From contig CAZVDU010000005.1 in NCBI GenBank assembly GCA_964625615.1, positions 2,103 through 66,102 on the forward strand: a DNA stretch of 64,000 nucleotides, written 5' to 3'. The stretch's first letter is position 1; the number at the start of each line of letters is the position of its first letter. Below, one piece after another: positions 19,385-29,407 of the stretch. The translations under genes were made by a program, and so were the position numbers. The stretch is from an uncultured Pseudoalteromonadaceae bacterium. Its GTDB lineage: Bacteria; Pseudomonadota; Gammaproteobacteria; Enterobacterales; Alteromonadaceae. A model generated the notes under the pieces. The model ran no database searches. It was not told where the DNA came from and saw only the letters and a program-made list of their open reading frames with translations.

Positions 19385-20551
19385 ATGAAGAAGTATAAAA
19401 TACAGCGCTTTTTGAGCCTATTTTGCGTTCTATCCTTGACCTTTTCTCATTCATCTCATGCCATATGGTTTGAAGCCAGTGGACAAGCTGTTATACAGAA
19501 CAAAAATAAGCAAATTGCTCGCCAACGTGCGACCCAAGAAGCAATAAAGCAAGCATTACTTTTTGCTGGCGCTTCGGTTAACAGTGTCCAAGAAATGGCT
19601 AACGGTTTGCTACGTAATGACAGGTTTGAGATCAGAGCATCAGGCGAAGTCAATCGCATCGAGCTAATAAACGAACAATATAACAATGGTTATGTTACCG
19701 TCAGTATACGTGCTGATATATTTCCGCAAGATACCAGTTGTCGTGCTTCTGATTATACCAAAAGTATTGCTGCAACAGAGTTCCAGATCAGGCATAGAGG
19801 TCAGGCTAGAATTGGCAGTCTATACGGGCTAGGCAGCGCACTATCTAGGCGTATTCAAAAAGAGTTTGAAGAGATATCAAGCCATACGGATGTCAAGATA
19901 CTCAAACCCTATCCACTGATCGCAGAACAATTCCTCAACGACCCAGAGCAACTGGTCGAAATCGGCCGTGATGATGCCGTGCAATATATTCTGACATCAG
20001 AAATTATCGATCTCAGCTTGGAACCTAATAAGAAGTCTAAGTTAGCGTTCTGGAAAGGCGCCAAACAGAATCGAAATTTAACCTTACACACATCATTGTT
20101 TAGCACAACAACGGGCGAGTTACTCTTTGAAAAAACATCAAGCCTGTTAGCTCCATGGACCTTCAAAACAAGACAAGCTGTGGATCCTAACAGTAGCTTG
20201 TTTTGGCAATCTGATTTTGGCATCGCTACACAGCAAATGCTCATTGAAATTACCCAAGAGATTGACGACACCCTCGCTTGCGAACCTGCCTATGCTAGGG
20301 TCGTAAGTGTCAACAACGGTCAACTAACGATTGATGTAGGTCGGAAGCAAGGTGTCAAACAAGGCGACGAATTACAGGTGTTTCAATTGAATCAGTTTTT
20401 CGACATTTATAATCGTTCCAGATATCAGTATAAAATCCACCCAGTTAGCGTGAGGGTTGCATCTATATTTAATAATTCTGCTGTGCTTGAGAGTATAAAT
20501 GGTGATTTTTTAGCCAATATACAACCAAATGACTTTGTTGTCCGTAATTGA
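19385..20551 (+). CDS. flgT: Flagellar H/T-ring assembly protein
   Basis: Signal peptide, WFEASGQA, A..QALLFAGASVNS, IDVGRKQGVKQGD; divergent from flgP. Confidence 0.92.
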   Translation: MKKYKIQRFLSLFCVLSLTFSHSSHAIWFEASGQAVIQNKNKQIARQRATQEAIKQALLFAGASVNSVQEMANGLLRNDRFEIRASGEVNRIELINEQYNNGYVTVSIRADIFPQDTSCRASDYTKSIAATEFQIRHRGQARIGSLYGLGSALSRRIQKEFEEISSHTDVKILKPYPLIAEQFLNDPEQLVEIGRDDAVQYILTSEIIDLSLEPNKKSKLAFWKGAKQNRNLTLHTSLFSTTTGELLFEKTSSLLAPWTFKTRQAVDPNSSLFWQSDFGIATQQMLIEITQEIDDTLACEPAYARVVSVNNGQLTIDVGRKQGVKQGDELQVFQLNQFFDIYNRSRYQYKIHPVSVRVASIFNNSAVLESINGDFLANIQPNDFVVRN

Positions 20552-20601
20552 ACTTAACTTTGGTTCTGATTATGAATACAATAGTGCCGAATTATTTTGA
20601 T

Positions 20602-20677
20602 GTCCCCATAGTTTAACAGGATAAAACTGCGGCCTCCTAAGCCGCTGCTCCAGGTTCGAGTCCTGGTGGGGACGCCA
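20602..20677 (+). tRNA. tRNA-Arg (anticodon CCT)
   Basis: Acceptor stem GTCCCCA/TGGGGAC, anticodon arm GCGGC-ctCCTaa-GCCGC, T-arm CCAGG-TTCGAGT-CCTGG, encoded CCA. Confidence 0.96.
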
Positions 20678-20700
20678 TGTTATGATTTCTAACACTATCT

Positions 20701-21282
20701 ATGACAAAGCAAAAAGACGATTCATTCGAACATTTCATGGAAGACGTAAAGCCTCTAAAAGAGGATACGCATGTTCACTTCAACGGTCCTAAAGAGAGCT
20801 CATTAACACAAGAGCTCAAACGTCAAGCCATAAACCAAAACAACTTAGAAAAGTTTAATTACCTGAGTGTAGAAGGCATATCACCTGTATCGCCTGATGA
20901 TATACTGGAATATAAGCAACCTGGCATACAGGATGGTGTTTATAAAAAACTCCGCTTAGGTAAGTATGGTATAGACAAAAGCATCAACATCCAACAAACA
21001 CCTTTTGAAAAGGCAAGAACCTTAGTGTTTGACACAATTATGTCTGCGCATAATGACGGAAATAGAACAATCTTACTGAAACATGGCCTCGGTTTATATA
21101 GCAAACCTTTTGCTGGATTCTTAAAAAGTGCAACCAACCACTGGCTAAAAGAAATGCCCGAAGTCATTGCTTTTTACAGTGCCCAAAAAAGGCATGGTGG
21201 GCTATCTGCTGTTTATGTGTTAATTAAAAAGAATAGGCAAGATAAGATAGCTAATCGTGAAATTAACAGAAAGCGAGGGTGA
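20701..21282 (+). CDS. smrA: Smr-domain endonuclease
   Basis: F...MEDVKPL, GIQDGVYKKLRLGKY, HGLG, LKS....WL, HGGLSAVYVLIKK. Confidence 0.88.
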   Translation: MTKQKDDSFEHFMEDVKPLKEDTHVHFNGPKESSLTQELKRQAINQNNLEKFNYLSVEGISPVSPDDILEYKQPGIQDGVYKKLRLGKYGIDKSINIQQTPFEKARTLVFDTIMSAHNDGNRTILLKHGLGLYSKPFAGFLKSATNHWLKEMPEVIAFYSAQKRHGGLSAVYVLIKKNRQDKIANREINRKRG

Positions 21283-21308
21283 AAATAGATCATTAAACAA
21301 ATAGAAAA

Positions 21309-21452
21309 TTAAGAGATACTGCTTTTTTGTACAGGCTCTTGATAAGCAAGCGTGTTAGCATGTGACGATGCACTCACAACAGCAGTAATAATCAAAAAAA
21401 CAACCGCACAAGCGACACCAATTATCCCAAAACCCTTCGAAGAACGTTGCAT
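21309..21452 (-). CDS. Putative 47-aa small membrane or secreted protein (not in the ORF track)
   Basis: MQRSSKGFGIIGVACAVVFLIITAVVSASSHANTLAYQEPVQKSSIS: basic N-terminus, hydrophobic core, SHA-N cleavage-like site. Confidence 0.5.
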   Translation of the reverse strand: MQRSSKGFGIIGVACAVVFLIITAVVSASSHANTLAYQEPVQKSSIS

Positions 21453-21660
21453 AATAGAAATCTAATTTATTGTTGTTATTCTTTAATATCCATAGTTTAT
21501 CTTGTGCACCTATCCCTAGCGTATGAATAATAAACAGTAATTTCTTAAGAAACAATGCTTTAAGTAAAAAAAGCGAAAAGTGGGTATTTTTTTTACTCGA
21601 CCTGAGAGTAAATCTCACGTAATATGCTAATCAACTACCGAAAAGTTAGAAATCGGACAT

Positions 21661-21690
21661 AAAAAAACGGTACTCAAAACGAGTACCGTT
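21661..21690 (-). terminator. Intrinsic terminator (candidate sRNA / purL)
   Basis: AACGGTACTC-gtttt-GAGTACCGTT followed by a T tract. Confidence 0.88.
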
Positions 21691-21766
21691 ATAAAAGGTG
21701 AGCATCATGCTCTTAGGAAAGCTACATGCAATTAGTTTAACAAGGGGACTCGTTTAGCTAATTGCA
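21661..21766 (-). ncRNA. Candidate sigmaE-dependent sRNA
   Basis: Bounded by a sigmaE-type promoter and an intrinsic terminator; two internal hairpins; no evident coding ORF. Confidence 0.6.
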
Positions 21767-21771
21767 AAGAT

Positions 21772-21800
21772 ATAGACCTATGCTCTCCCAAAAAAATTCC
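21772..21800 (-). promoter_or_regulatory. sigmaE (RpoE)-type promoter
   Basis: GGAATTT-N16-GTCTAT vs consensus GGAACTT-N16-GTCTAA. Confidence 0.65.
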
Positions 21801-21876
21801 ATTCATCTTCGAATAAATTCTCTTCGGTATGTTTCATTCATTTTTCGTTCAGATTTAGCGAGCTGCTCAACTAACA

Positions 21877-24800
21877 TTAACCAATGAATTTGCGCGCATT
21901 TCTAAACATTCTCATCCATGGGCTATCTTCTTGCCACTCATCTGGGTGCCAAGAATTAGCGACAGTTCTAAACACACGTTCTGGGTGTGGCATCATAATG
22001 GTTACACGCCCATCCGTTGATGTCAGTCCAGTAATACCGCTTGGTGAACCGTTAGGGTTAGCTGGATAGTGTTCTGATACCTTCCCGTAATTATCAACAT
22101 ACGATAGTGCAACCAAACCTTGATTTTGAAGTTGCAATAACTGCTCAGGTGATGCAAATTCTGCCCGCCCTTCACCATGTGAAACAGCTATTGGCATTTT
22201 AGAACCTTGCATACCTTCGAAGAACAGCGAAGGCGATTTTTGCATTTCAACTAAACTAAATCTCGCTTCGAAACGTTCAGATTTATTAGTAACAAAGTGA
22301 GGCCATAAATCAGCCCCTGGGATTAATGATTTCAAATTAGACATCATCTGACAACCATTACAAACACCTAGTGAGAAAGAATCCTTGCGCTCAAAGAATT
22401 GTCGGAAATTCTCTTTAACACGTTCGTTAAACAGAATAGACTTAGCCCACCCTTCACCAGCCCCTAATACGTCACCGTAAGAGAAACCACCACAAGCAAC
22501 CATGCCTTGAAACTCTTCTAAACCAATATTACCCGCTAGAAGGTCACTCATATGCACATCGACAGCACTAAACCCAGCTCTATCAAATGCGGCAGCCATT
22601 TCCACATGAGAATTAACCCCTTGCTCACGCAAAATAGCAACTTTAGGTGCAACACCTTTTGCAATATAAGGCGCTGCTACATCGTCATTTAAATCATACG
22701 TTAGTTGAGCTTGTAGCCCAGGATTATTTGCATCGGCTTTTGTATCTCGCTCCTGCTCAGCACATACCGGGTTATCCCTCAACCTCTGCATTTCAGTTGT
22801 TGTTTCTGCCCAGATATTACGCCACTCACTGCGCGCTCGATTCAAAAGAGTCACACCACCGCGTTTAACGGTAACACTATCTTCAGGTTGCACCGTACCA
22901 ATCACATAGGCGCAATCTGCTAATCCATACTGCACAAAGACATCCAATACAGCTGTTTGGTCGCTTTGCTTAATTTGAATAACCCCACCCAACTCCTCAC
23001 TAAAGAGTATCGCTAAATCACTTTCACTTGATTCAGGCAATTCAATATCAAGTCCACAATGCCCAGCAAATGCCATTTCCAATAATGTGATGATTAAGCC
23101 ACCATCAGATCGATCGTGATATGCCAGCAACATATTACTTGCCACCAATTGCTGCATCGCATTGAAAAAGGCAAGCATATCTTCTGCTGAATCCAAATCG
23201 GCAGGCTTTTGCCCTAACTGTTTATAAACCTGTGCTAAAGCACTCGCACCTAAACGGCTTTTTCCTCGACCTAAGTCAATACTAATTAGCGATGTTTCAC
23301 CTTTATCTGTTCTTAGTTGCGGTGTAACTGTCTTGCGAATATCGTTAACTGCAGCAAAGCCGGTGATCACCAAGGATAGAGGTGAAGTGACTTGTTTATC
23401 TTCGCCGCCTTCTTGCCATTTGGTTTTCATTGACATCGAATCTTTACCGACAGGTATGGTCAAACCTAAGGCAGGACACAGCTCCTCACCTATGGCTTTA
23501 ACCGCTTCGTAGAGGCCAGCATCTTCACCAGGGTGTTCTGCAGCAGACATCCAGTTAGCAGACAACTTAATTCGCTTAGTATCACCAATATCAACACCAG
23601 CAATATTCGTCAGGCTCTCACCAACAGCCATACGAGCAGAGGCTGCAAAATCCAGTAAAGCAATAGGTGAGCGCTCGCCTATTGCCATTGCTTCACCATG
23701 ATAGGAGTCAAATGTTGCCGCTGTTACAGCCGCATCTGCCACAGGTATTTGCCAAGGACCAATCATTTGATCGCGACATATAAGGCCAGTCACAGAGCGA
23801 TCACCAATGGTAATTAGGAAAGTCTTCTCGGCAACAGCCGGTAACCTTAGAACTCGTTCAACAGCATCAGTAAGATCAATATTTGTAAAATCTAGCGCAT
23901 CACCAAATGCCTTCTTACGTTCAACATCACGCAACATTTTAGGCGTCTTACCCAGCAATACATCCAATGGCATATCAATAGGGGCGTTATCAAAGTGATT
24001 GTCATTGAGGTGAAGATGCTTCTCTTCCTTCGCTTCGCCAACAACAGCGAAAGGAGTCCGTTCGCGCTTACAAATGGATTCAAACAAAGCGAGCTTTTCT
24101 GGTGCAACAGACATCACATAACGTTCTTGAGATTCATTACACCAAATTTCCAGTGGTGACATACCTGGTTCATCAATGTTTACGTTGCGTAACTCAAAGT
24201 CACCACCGCGCTCTCCGTCGCTTACTAATTCAGGTAATGCATTCGACAATCCACCTGCACCTACATCGTGAATGAATTGGATAGGGTTTTCGTCACCCAA
24301 TTGCCAACACTTGTCGATAACTTCTTGGCAGCGCCTTTCCATTTCTGGGTTATCTCGTTGCACTGAGGCGAAATCCAAATCTTCTAGAGATTCACCTGAC
24401 GCCATTGAAGACGCAGCACCACCACCAAGTCCAATATTCATCGCTGGGCCACCCAAAACGATCAACTTGGCCCCAACCGTTATTTCGCCTTTCTGGATAT
24501 GATCTCGGCGAATATTCCCCAAACCACCAGCTATCATAATAGGTTTGTGGTAACCACGAACTTCAGATCCATTGTGGCTATTGACCTGCTCTTCATAAGT
24601 CCTGAAATAACCAAGCACATTAGGGCGCCCAAACTCGTTGTTAAACGCAGCAGCACCTAAAGGTCCATGCGTCATAATATCTAGCGCATCAACAATCCTG
24701 GATGGTTTGCCATAATCCATTTCCCACGGTTGAACATGCCCAGGGATACGTAGATTTGAAACAGAAAAACCAGCTAAACCTGCTTTAGGTTTAGCGCCAC

Positions 24801-25770
24801 GCCCTGTCGCACCTTCATCACGAATTTCACCACCAGACCCAGTTGCAGCACCTGGAAACGGTGAGATTGCTGTTGGATGATTATGCGTCTCTACCTTCAT
24901 CAAGATATCAATATCTTCGTGCTGGTATTGATACTCAAGAGAATCAGGAGAAGGGAAAAAGCGTCCCGCACTGTTACCTTGCATCACGGCAGCATTATCT
25001 TTGTATGCAGAAAATACGAAGTCTTGACTCACTTCATAGGTGTTCTTGATCATCTTAAACAACGACTTGGGCTGCTCTTCGCCATCAATGATCCAATCGG
25101 CATTAAATATCTTATGCCGGCAGTGCTCAGAATTGGCTTGCGCAAACATGTAAAGCTCAACATCCGTTGGGTTACGATCAAGCGCAACAAAGTTATCGAG
25201 CAAATAATCGATTTCATCCTCAGCTAATGCTAAACCTAGCTTTTTGTTAGCATTAACCAACGCTTGTCTTCCCTCGCCTATCACATCAATACGCACAAAT
25301 TCTGTGGGCTTAGCTTCAGCGAAGAGTTTTTCAGCATCTGACAGCGCTGCAAATACGGTTTCCGTCATTCGGTCAAACAAGCAATCTGTCGCTGCTTTTT
25401 CTTGTTCGATAGTTAATGCTGCTTGTGCATCGAGATAAAAAGCAATACCACGCTCCACCCTTACTACTTGTATTAATCCGCAATTGTGGACGATATCGGT
25501 TGCTTTACTCGACCAAGGCGAAATAGTGCCAACACGCGGAGTAACTAGTTTTAGTGTGCCTTTTTTCTGACTCCCTTTGGCTTTCGGGCCATAGGTTAGT
25601 AATTTCTCAAGTACCGCTACTTGTTCGGCGTTCAGTTCCTCTTTAACGTCAACAAAGTGCACATATTCTGCATACAACCCCTTAACCGGCAACTTCTGTT
25701 GCAGCAGTTGTTGCATAAGTTTTTCAATTCTAAAATCAGATAAAGCAGGGGCGCCAGTTAGGATAAGCAT
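21877..25770 (-). CDS. purL: Phosphoribosylformylglycinamidine synthase (large type)
   Basis: [36 protein letters not shown]. Confidence 0.99.
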   Translation of the reverse strand: MLILTGAPALSDFRIEKLMQQLLQQKLPVKGLYAEYVHFVDVKEELNAEQVAVLEKLLTYGPKAKGSQKKGTLKLVTPRVGTISPWSSKATDIVHNCGLIQVVRVERGIAFYLDAQAALTIEQEKAATDCLFDRMTETVFAALSDAEKLFAEAKPTEFVRIDVIGEGRQALVNANKKLGLALAEDEIDYLLDNFVALDRNPTDVELYMFAQANSEHCRHKIFNADWIIDGEEQPKSLFKMIKNTYEVSQDFVFSAYKDNAAVMQGNSAGRFFPSPDSLEYQYQHEDIDILMKVETHNHPTAISPFPGAATGSGGEIRDEGATGRGAKPKAGLAGFSVSNLRIPGHVQPWEMDYGKPSRIVDALDIMTHGPLGAAAFNNEFGRPNVLGYFRTYEEQVNSHNGSEVRGYHKPIMIAGGLGNIRRDHIQKGEITVGAKLIVLGGPAMNIGLGGGAASSMASGESLEDLDFASVQRDNPEMERRCQEVIDKCWQLGDENPIQFIHDVGAGGLSNALPELVSDGERGGDFELRNVNIDEPGMSPLEIWCNESQERYVMSVAPEKLALFESICKRERTPFAVVGEAKEEKHLHLNDNHFDNAPIDMPLDVLLGKTPKMLRDVERKKAFGDALDFTNIDLTDAVERVLRLPAVAEKTFLITIGDRSVTGLICRDQMIGPWQIPVADAAVTAATFDSYHGEAMAIGERSPIALLDFAASARMAVGESLTNIAGVDIGDTKRIKLSANWMSAAEHPGEDAGLYEAVKAIGEELCPALGLTIPVGKDSMSMKTKWQEGGEDKQVTSPLSLVITGFAAVNDIRKTVTPQLRTDKGETSLISIDLGRGKSRLGASALAQVYKQLGQKPADLDSAEDMLAFFNAMQQLVASNMLLAYHDRSDGGLIITLLEMAFAGHCGLDIELPESSESDLAILFSEELGGVIQIKQSDQTAVLDVFVQYGLADCAYVIGTVQPEDSVTVKRGGVTLLNRARSEWRNIWAETTTEMQRLRDNPVCAEQERDTKADANNPGLQAQLTYDLNDDVAAPYIAKGVAPKVAILREQGVNSHVEMAAAFDRAGFSAVDVHMSDLLAGNIGLEEFQGMVACGGFSYGDVLGAGEGWAKSILFNERVKENFRQFFERKDSFSLGVCNGCQMMSNLKSLIPGADLWPHFVTNKSERFEARFSLVEMQKSPSLFFEGMQGSKMPIAVSHGEGRAEFASPEQLLQLQNQGLVALSYVDNYGKVSEHYPANPNGSPSGITGLTSTDGRVTIMMPHPERVFRTVANSWHPDEWQEDSPWMRMFRNARKFIG

Positions 25771-26044
25771 AAATATAAGTCACCAGGGTTGTACGGCAAC
25801 GGCTTAGTTCGGAAAGCCATTATTCCGCCATATTTTCGAGCAGCTAAGGGGCGCAGATTATAGTAGATATTATGTGCTCAAACCACCTGAAAATAACTGG
25901 TTTCACCAGAATTTAGAGCAACTATGCAGCGGTTAATTTACACTTATACAAACATTCCCTAATAAAGGAACAAATGAGATTAGTGTTAGCAAGTCTACCC
26001 ATTTGGTATACCATGTCGGCATTATGTTAAATAGCCCAACGACA

Positions 26045-27454
26045 ATGACAATTGTTATTAAAACCTTCGGTCGCTTTCTTATTGCGTCGATGCTCATACT
26101 AATCAGTGGATGCGACGAGCCGAGGAAATCAAATAGCTTAAAGAAAGTACTTGATGCGGGTGTACTCAAAGTAGGTACTCAGTATGGCGTTACCAGTTAT
26201 TATAACAGCGCCAGCGGACCTCAAGGCTATGAATATGAGATGGCAAAAGGCTTTGCAGATTATTTAGGCGTCGAACTTGAGATTTTGCCTTACTACGCGG
26301 TAAATGAGCTCTTTCCTCAACTCGAAATGCAGCAAATAGACATTATCGCTTCAGCTTTAGTCAATACCCCTGAACGCCAAACTTTGTTTAGGTTTGGCCC
26401 AGCATATCAATATGTCAGCCAAAAATTAGTCTTTAAACAAGGTGAGGAAAGGCCCAGAGATATCAGTCAAGTTGACGGTACCTTGTTGATAACTAGTGAT
26501 AGTAATCACGCTTCTTCACTCAAAAAACTGAAGGCTTCCAACCCTTCGTTAGCGTGGCAGGAAACAGATGAAATGGACGAAGAAGAGATTCTGGAGCAAG
26601 TGCTAACAAACGAAACTGACTACACTGTGACAGACTCAAGTTTTCTTGCAGTAATGCGTCGCCGTCACCCGGAACTCAGTATTGGTTTTACAATAGACCA
26701 AGAACAACCGGTTGCTTGGGCGTTGAATAGTGAATTAGATGACTCTTTGTTAGCTGCACTCATTGAATATTTCGGTGAAATACAATCGAATGGACAACTC
26801 GCAACCCTTGAAGACAAGTACTTTGGTCATGTCCGTGAATTTAACTATGTCGACACTAGACTCTTCATCAAAGCAGTAGAAGATACCCTACCCGAATATC
26901 GGGACTGGTTTAAGAATTATTCTATCGATATCGATTGGCGCTTATTAGCGGCGATGTCTTACCAAGAAAGCCATTGGAACCCTCGCGCTAAGTCACCTAC
27001 GGGTGTAAGAGGTATGATGATGTTAACACTGACAACTGCAAAGGAGTTAGGCGTAAGAAGTCGATTAGATGCTGAGCAAAGTATACGGGGAGGCGCCCAA
27101 TACTTTTCGAGTCTAGTTAAGCGTATACCTGATAGAATTAAGGAGCCAGATAGAATCTGGTTTGCACTAGCTGCTTATAATGTTGGGCTAGGACATGTAG
27201 AAGACGCACGAGTTATAACTCAACGACAAGGCGGTAACCCTGATTTGTGGGTTGATGTAAAACAAAGATTACCGTTGCTACGCCAAAAACGTCATTACAA
27301 GACAACTCGATATGGTTATGCCAGAGGTAACGAAGCGGTTACCTATGTTGAAAATATCCGCCGATACTACGACACCTTGGTTTGGTTGGATGAACGGCAA
27401 AAACAACCAACGCCTGTTCAAGTTCAAGCTAGCCAGAACAATGAAAGCGAATAA
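26045..27454 (+). CDS. mltF: Membrane-bound lytic murein transglycosylase F
   Basis: SBP-like N-domain plus YQESHWNP, GMMMLT, AAYNVG; divergent from purL; start uncertain. Confidence 0.95.
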   Translation: MTIVIKTFGRFLIASMLILISGCDEPRKSNSLKKVLDAGVLKVGTQYGVTSYYNSASGPQGYEYEMAKGFADYLGVELEILPYYAVNELFPQLEMQQIDIIASALVNTPERQTLFRFGPAYQYVSQKLVFKQGEERPRDISQVDGTLLITSDSNHASSLKKLKASNPSLAWQETDEMDEEEILEQVLTNETDYTVTDSSFLAVMRRRHPELSIGFTIDQEQPVAWALNSELDDSLLAALIEYFGEIQSNGQLATLEDKYFGHVREFNYVDTRLFIKAVEDTLPEYRDWFKNYSIDIDWRLLAAMSYQESHWNPRAKSPTGVRGMMMLTLTTAKELGVRSRLDAEQSIRGGAQYFSSLVKRIPDRIKEPDRIWFALAAYNVGLGHVEDARVITQRQGGNPDLWVDVKQRLPLLRQKRHYKTTRYGYARGNEAVTYVENIRRYYDTLVWLDERQKQPTPVQVQASQNNESE

Positions 27455-27478
27455 CCTTCTCATTCTCCTTATTCAATA

Positions 27479-27985
27479 TTAACTAGAAATAGATGTATCC
27501 TTCTTCAATGCTTTCTTTTCTAATCGACGACGTTTGAAAAAAGCAGACAGTTTATTTCCACATTCTTCTGCCATAATACCAACAACGACATCTAATTGAT
27601 GATTTAACTTCTCATGAGCCACCAAATTCATCACACTTCCCGCAGCCCCTGTTTTTGCGTCACTTGCTCCAAACACCACTTGTTTCAACCGGCTATGAAC
27701 TAACAACCCAGCGCACATTGGACAAGGCTCCAAGGTTACGTAGAGTGTGCAATCAACCAACCTATAGTTTGATAATACTTTGCCAGCTTCTCGTATGGCC
27801 ATCATTTCGGCGTGAGCAGAGGGATCATGCGACCGAATAGATTGATTCCATCCTCGTCCAATAATTTTATTATCGCAAACAACAACCGCACCGACTGGTA
27901 TCTCATCTTGTTGTTCCGCAATGTCAGCAAGCTCTAATGCTTTACTCATCCAAAATGCGTGTGGCTGCTCTGATGTTTCAATCAT
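27479..27985 (-). CDS. tadA: tRNA adenosine(34) deaminase
   Basis: EIPVGAV, HAEMMA, TLEPCPMC; ATG 27985 preferred over the long upstream extension. Confidence 0.96.
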   Translation of the reverse strand: MIETSEQPHAFWMSKALELADIAEQQDEIPVGAVVVCDNKIIGRGWNQSIRSHDPSAHAEMMAIREAGKVLSNYRLVDCTLYVTLEPCPMCAGLLVHSRLKQVVFGASDAKTGAAGSVMNLVAHEKLNHQLDVVVGIMAEECGNKLSAFFKRRRLEKKALKKDTSISS

Positions 27986-27998
27986 TTCAATAAATAGC

Positions 27999-28036
27999 TT
28001 AGTCAAATTCATCAATCTATTGGTCAACTTTACCAC
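27999..28036. promoter_or_regulatory. Paired PspF-like upstream activator sites
   Basis: Imperfect palindromes TTAGTCAAATTCATCAA (27999-28015) and TTGGTCAACTTTACCAC (28020-28036), 21 bp apart. Confidence 0.55.
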
Positions 28037-28098
28037 TTCAGCAACCTCTAGGCACCTCAAAAAAACATAACCAATTGTTTAGTATAGAGTATTTATTT

Positions 28099-28114
28099 TG
28101 GTCGGATATTTGCT
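28099..28114 (+). promoter_or_regulatory. sigma54 promoter
   Basis: TGGTCG-gatat-TTGCT (GG-N10-GC). Confidence 0.65.
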
Positions 28115-28171
28115 TTGTTAGTGCTAATACCGTGCTAGTATTAAAAACAAACAGTTACAGGAGAAGCTCAT

Positions 28172-28405
28172 ATGAACGTTACTGCCATCGCCATTGTAGG
28201 CATTATTTGCTGGGCCATAGTCGAACTTGTTCAAGGTGGAAAAACAAAAAAGAAAGGAAAAGCCTACGATAAAGATATTGCAGATCTGCAAGGTGAATTA
28301 GATCAAATGAGAGAACGCATCGCGACATTGGAAAAGATTGTCACTGAAGAACCTTATGATTTAAAGCGCCAATTCAAAGACTTAGAAAAAGATAAGGTCG
28401 CTTAA
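28172..28405 (+). CDS. Small PspB-like membrane protein
   Basis: AGGAG RBS; N-terminal TM helix then coiled coil with ERIATLEKIV. Confidence 0.75.
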   Translation: MNVTAIAIVGIICWAIVELVQGGKTKKKGKAYDKDIADLQGELDQMRERIATLEKIVTEEPYDLKRQFKDLEKDKVA

Positions 28406-28575
28406 ATATCAAACGACTGATAGTAGAGGTAATTCCCGCTTTCTACTAATTAAAGAGGTCTTATTACCTACCTTAAACCAAGACTTAGTGACTGCTCAGT
28501 CTTGGTACTAACGATCAATAAAAGATAGCTGTATCCCGATCTGAATATAGGGACAGTGCTAACCCATAGTTGAAC

Positions 28576-29280
28576 CTAATTACCAAAAGTACCATTGATA
28601 GCTGCGTATATCGCAAAAATAATAACTAATACAAGCATGACACACATAGACATAGCATAATACCAAATGAAGCTGATAACCCCTTTCCAAGTCCCTTCCC
28701 ATAAGCTAACAGAAAAGCTATGCATGTATCCCCATATGATATATATAACCGAAACTGTACCAGCATATTGAGTCATAACCAGATCATCCATTACCGACAT
28801 ACCAGAGAATATTAGGGCTATAGGCGTTATTATTATTAATCCAATCAAGGTTGACATTGAATAGATATACAATGATATTTTGTAACATACAAGATTGCCC
28901 CTGCCGCTACTTTTAAACAATTTTGTCACTAGCCAACCTACGGGTATCAATGCGATAAAGCTAAAGGCTACGATACCTTTATCCAAAATTTGCAATAACC
29001 ACGTCGAAAACTCTGCGGGCTCACCTTCGCCTAATGCTAGACCAAGGGTCACCATATCTAAGTCAAGATATGCTGCGACTACAGCAAAAAGAGAATAGGT
29101 TAACAGAGCAAAACGAAATGGATTAACATACTGCTTATTAGCAGAGTCAGCTAGCATCGCATCTACAACCTGCTGGGGCTGAAACAACAATGTTTTTGTG
29201 GTTCTAAAGTACTTTTTATTAAAATCACTTAAAGCATTAAATACTTCAGTAACAATTCCTACATTTTTGGCCTGACTCAT
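28576..29280 (-). CDS. DUF3667-like integral membrane protein
   Basis: FRTTKTLLFQP...YVNPFRF motif followed by about 5 TM helices. Confidence 0.65.
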   Translation of the reverse strand: MSQAKNVGIVTEVFNALSDFNKKYFRTTKTLLFQPQQVVDAMLADSANKQYVNPFRFALLTYSLFAVVAAYLDLDMVTLGLALGEGEPAEFSTWLLQILDKGIVAFSFIALIPVGWLVTKLFKSSGRGNLVCYKISLYIYSMSTLIGLIIITPIALIFSGMSVMDDLVMTQYAGTVSVIYIIWGYMHSFSVSLWEGTWKGVISFIWYYAMSMCVMLVLVIIFAIYAAINGTFGN

Positions 29281-29345
29281 TACTTATCCCTTTATTTCCC
29301 TTTTCCTGTCATATCTCTAACTACTAAGCGCTATCGTTGATTAAG

Positions 29346-29370
29346 AAAAAGCCTTGGCGATCAAGGCTTT
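29346..29370 (-). terminator. Intrinsic terminator after guaA
   Basis: AAAGCCTTG-N5-CAAGGCTTT with T tract. Confidence 0.8.
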
Positions 29371-29407
29371 GACTACAAAGTGAATTGACTCAATGAGTTC
29401 GCAGGCA

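Noticed and set aside
20602-20700. tRNA-Arg as an integration site
   Set aside because: No integrase nearby and no duplicated tRNA 3' end seen; the site appears empty.
21355-21618. 87-aa Cys-rich ORF in the track
   Set aside because: It overlaps, in another frame, a more protein-like 47-aa ORF; the Cys run is a frame shadow of Val/Ala codons.
25771-25840. Possible ZTP (pfl) riboswitch before purL (UGGCGGAA ... GCCGUAC..CCUGG)
   Set aside because: It lacks the GGGGAGCG strand and the CGCC needed for the pseudoknot; the resemblance is only partial.
28075-28272. 65-aa ORF
   Set aside because: Spans the sigma54 promoter and overlaps the real small gene out of frame.
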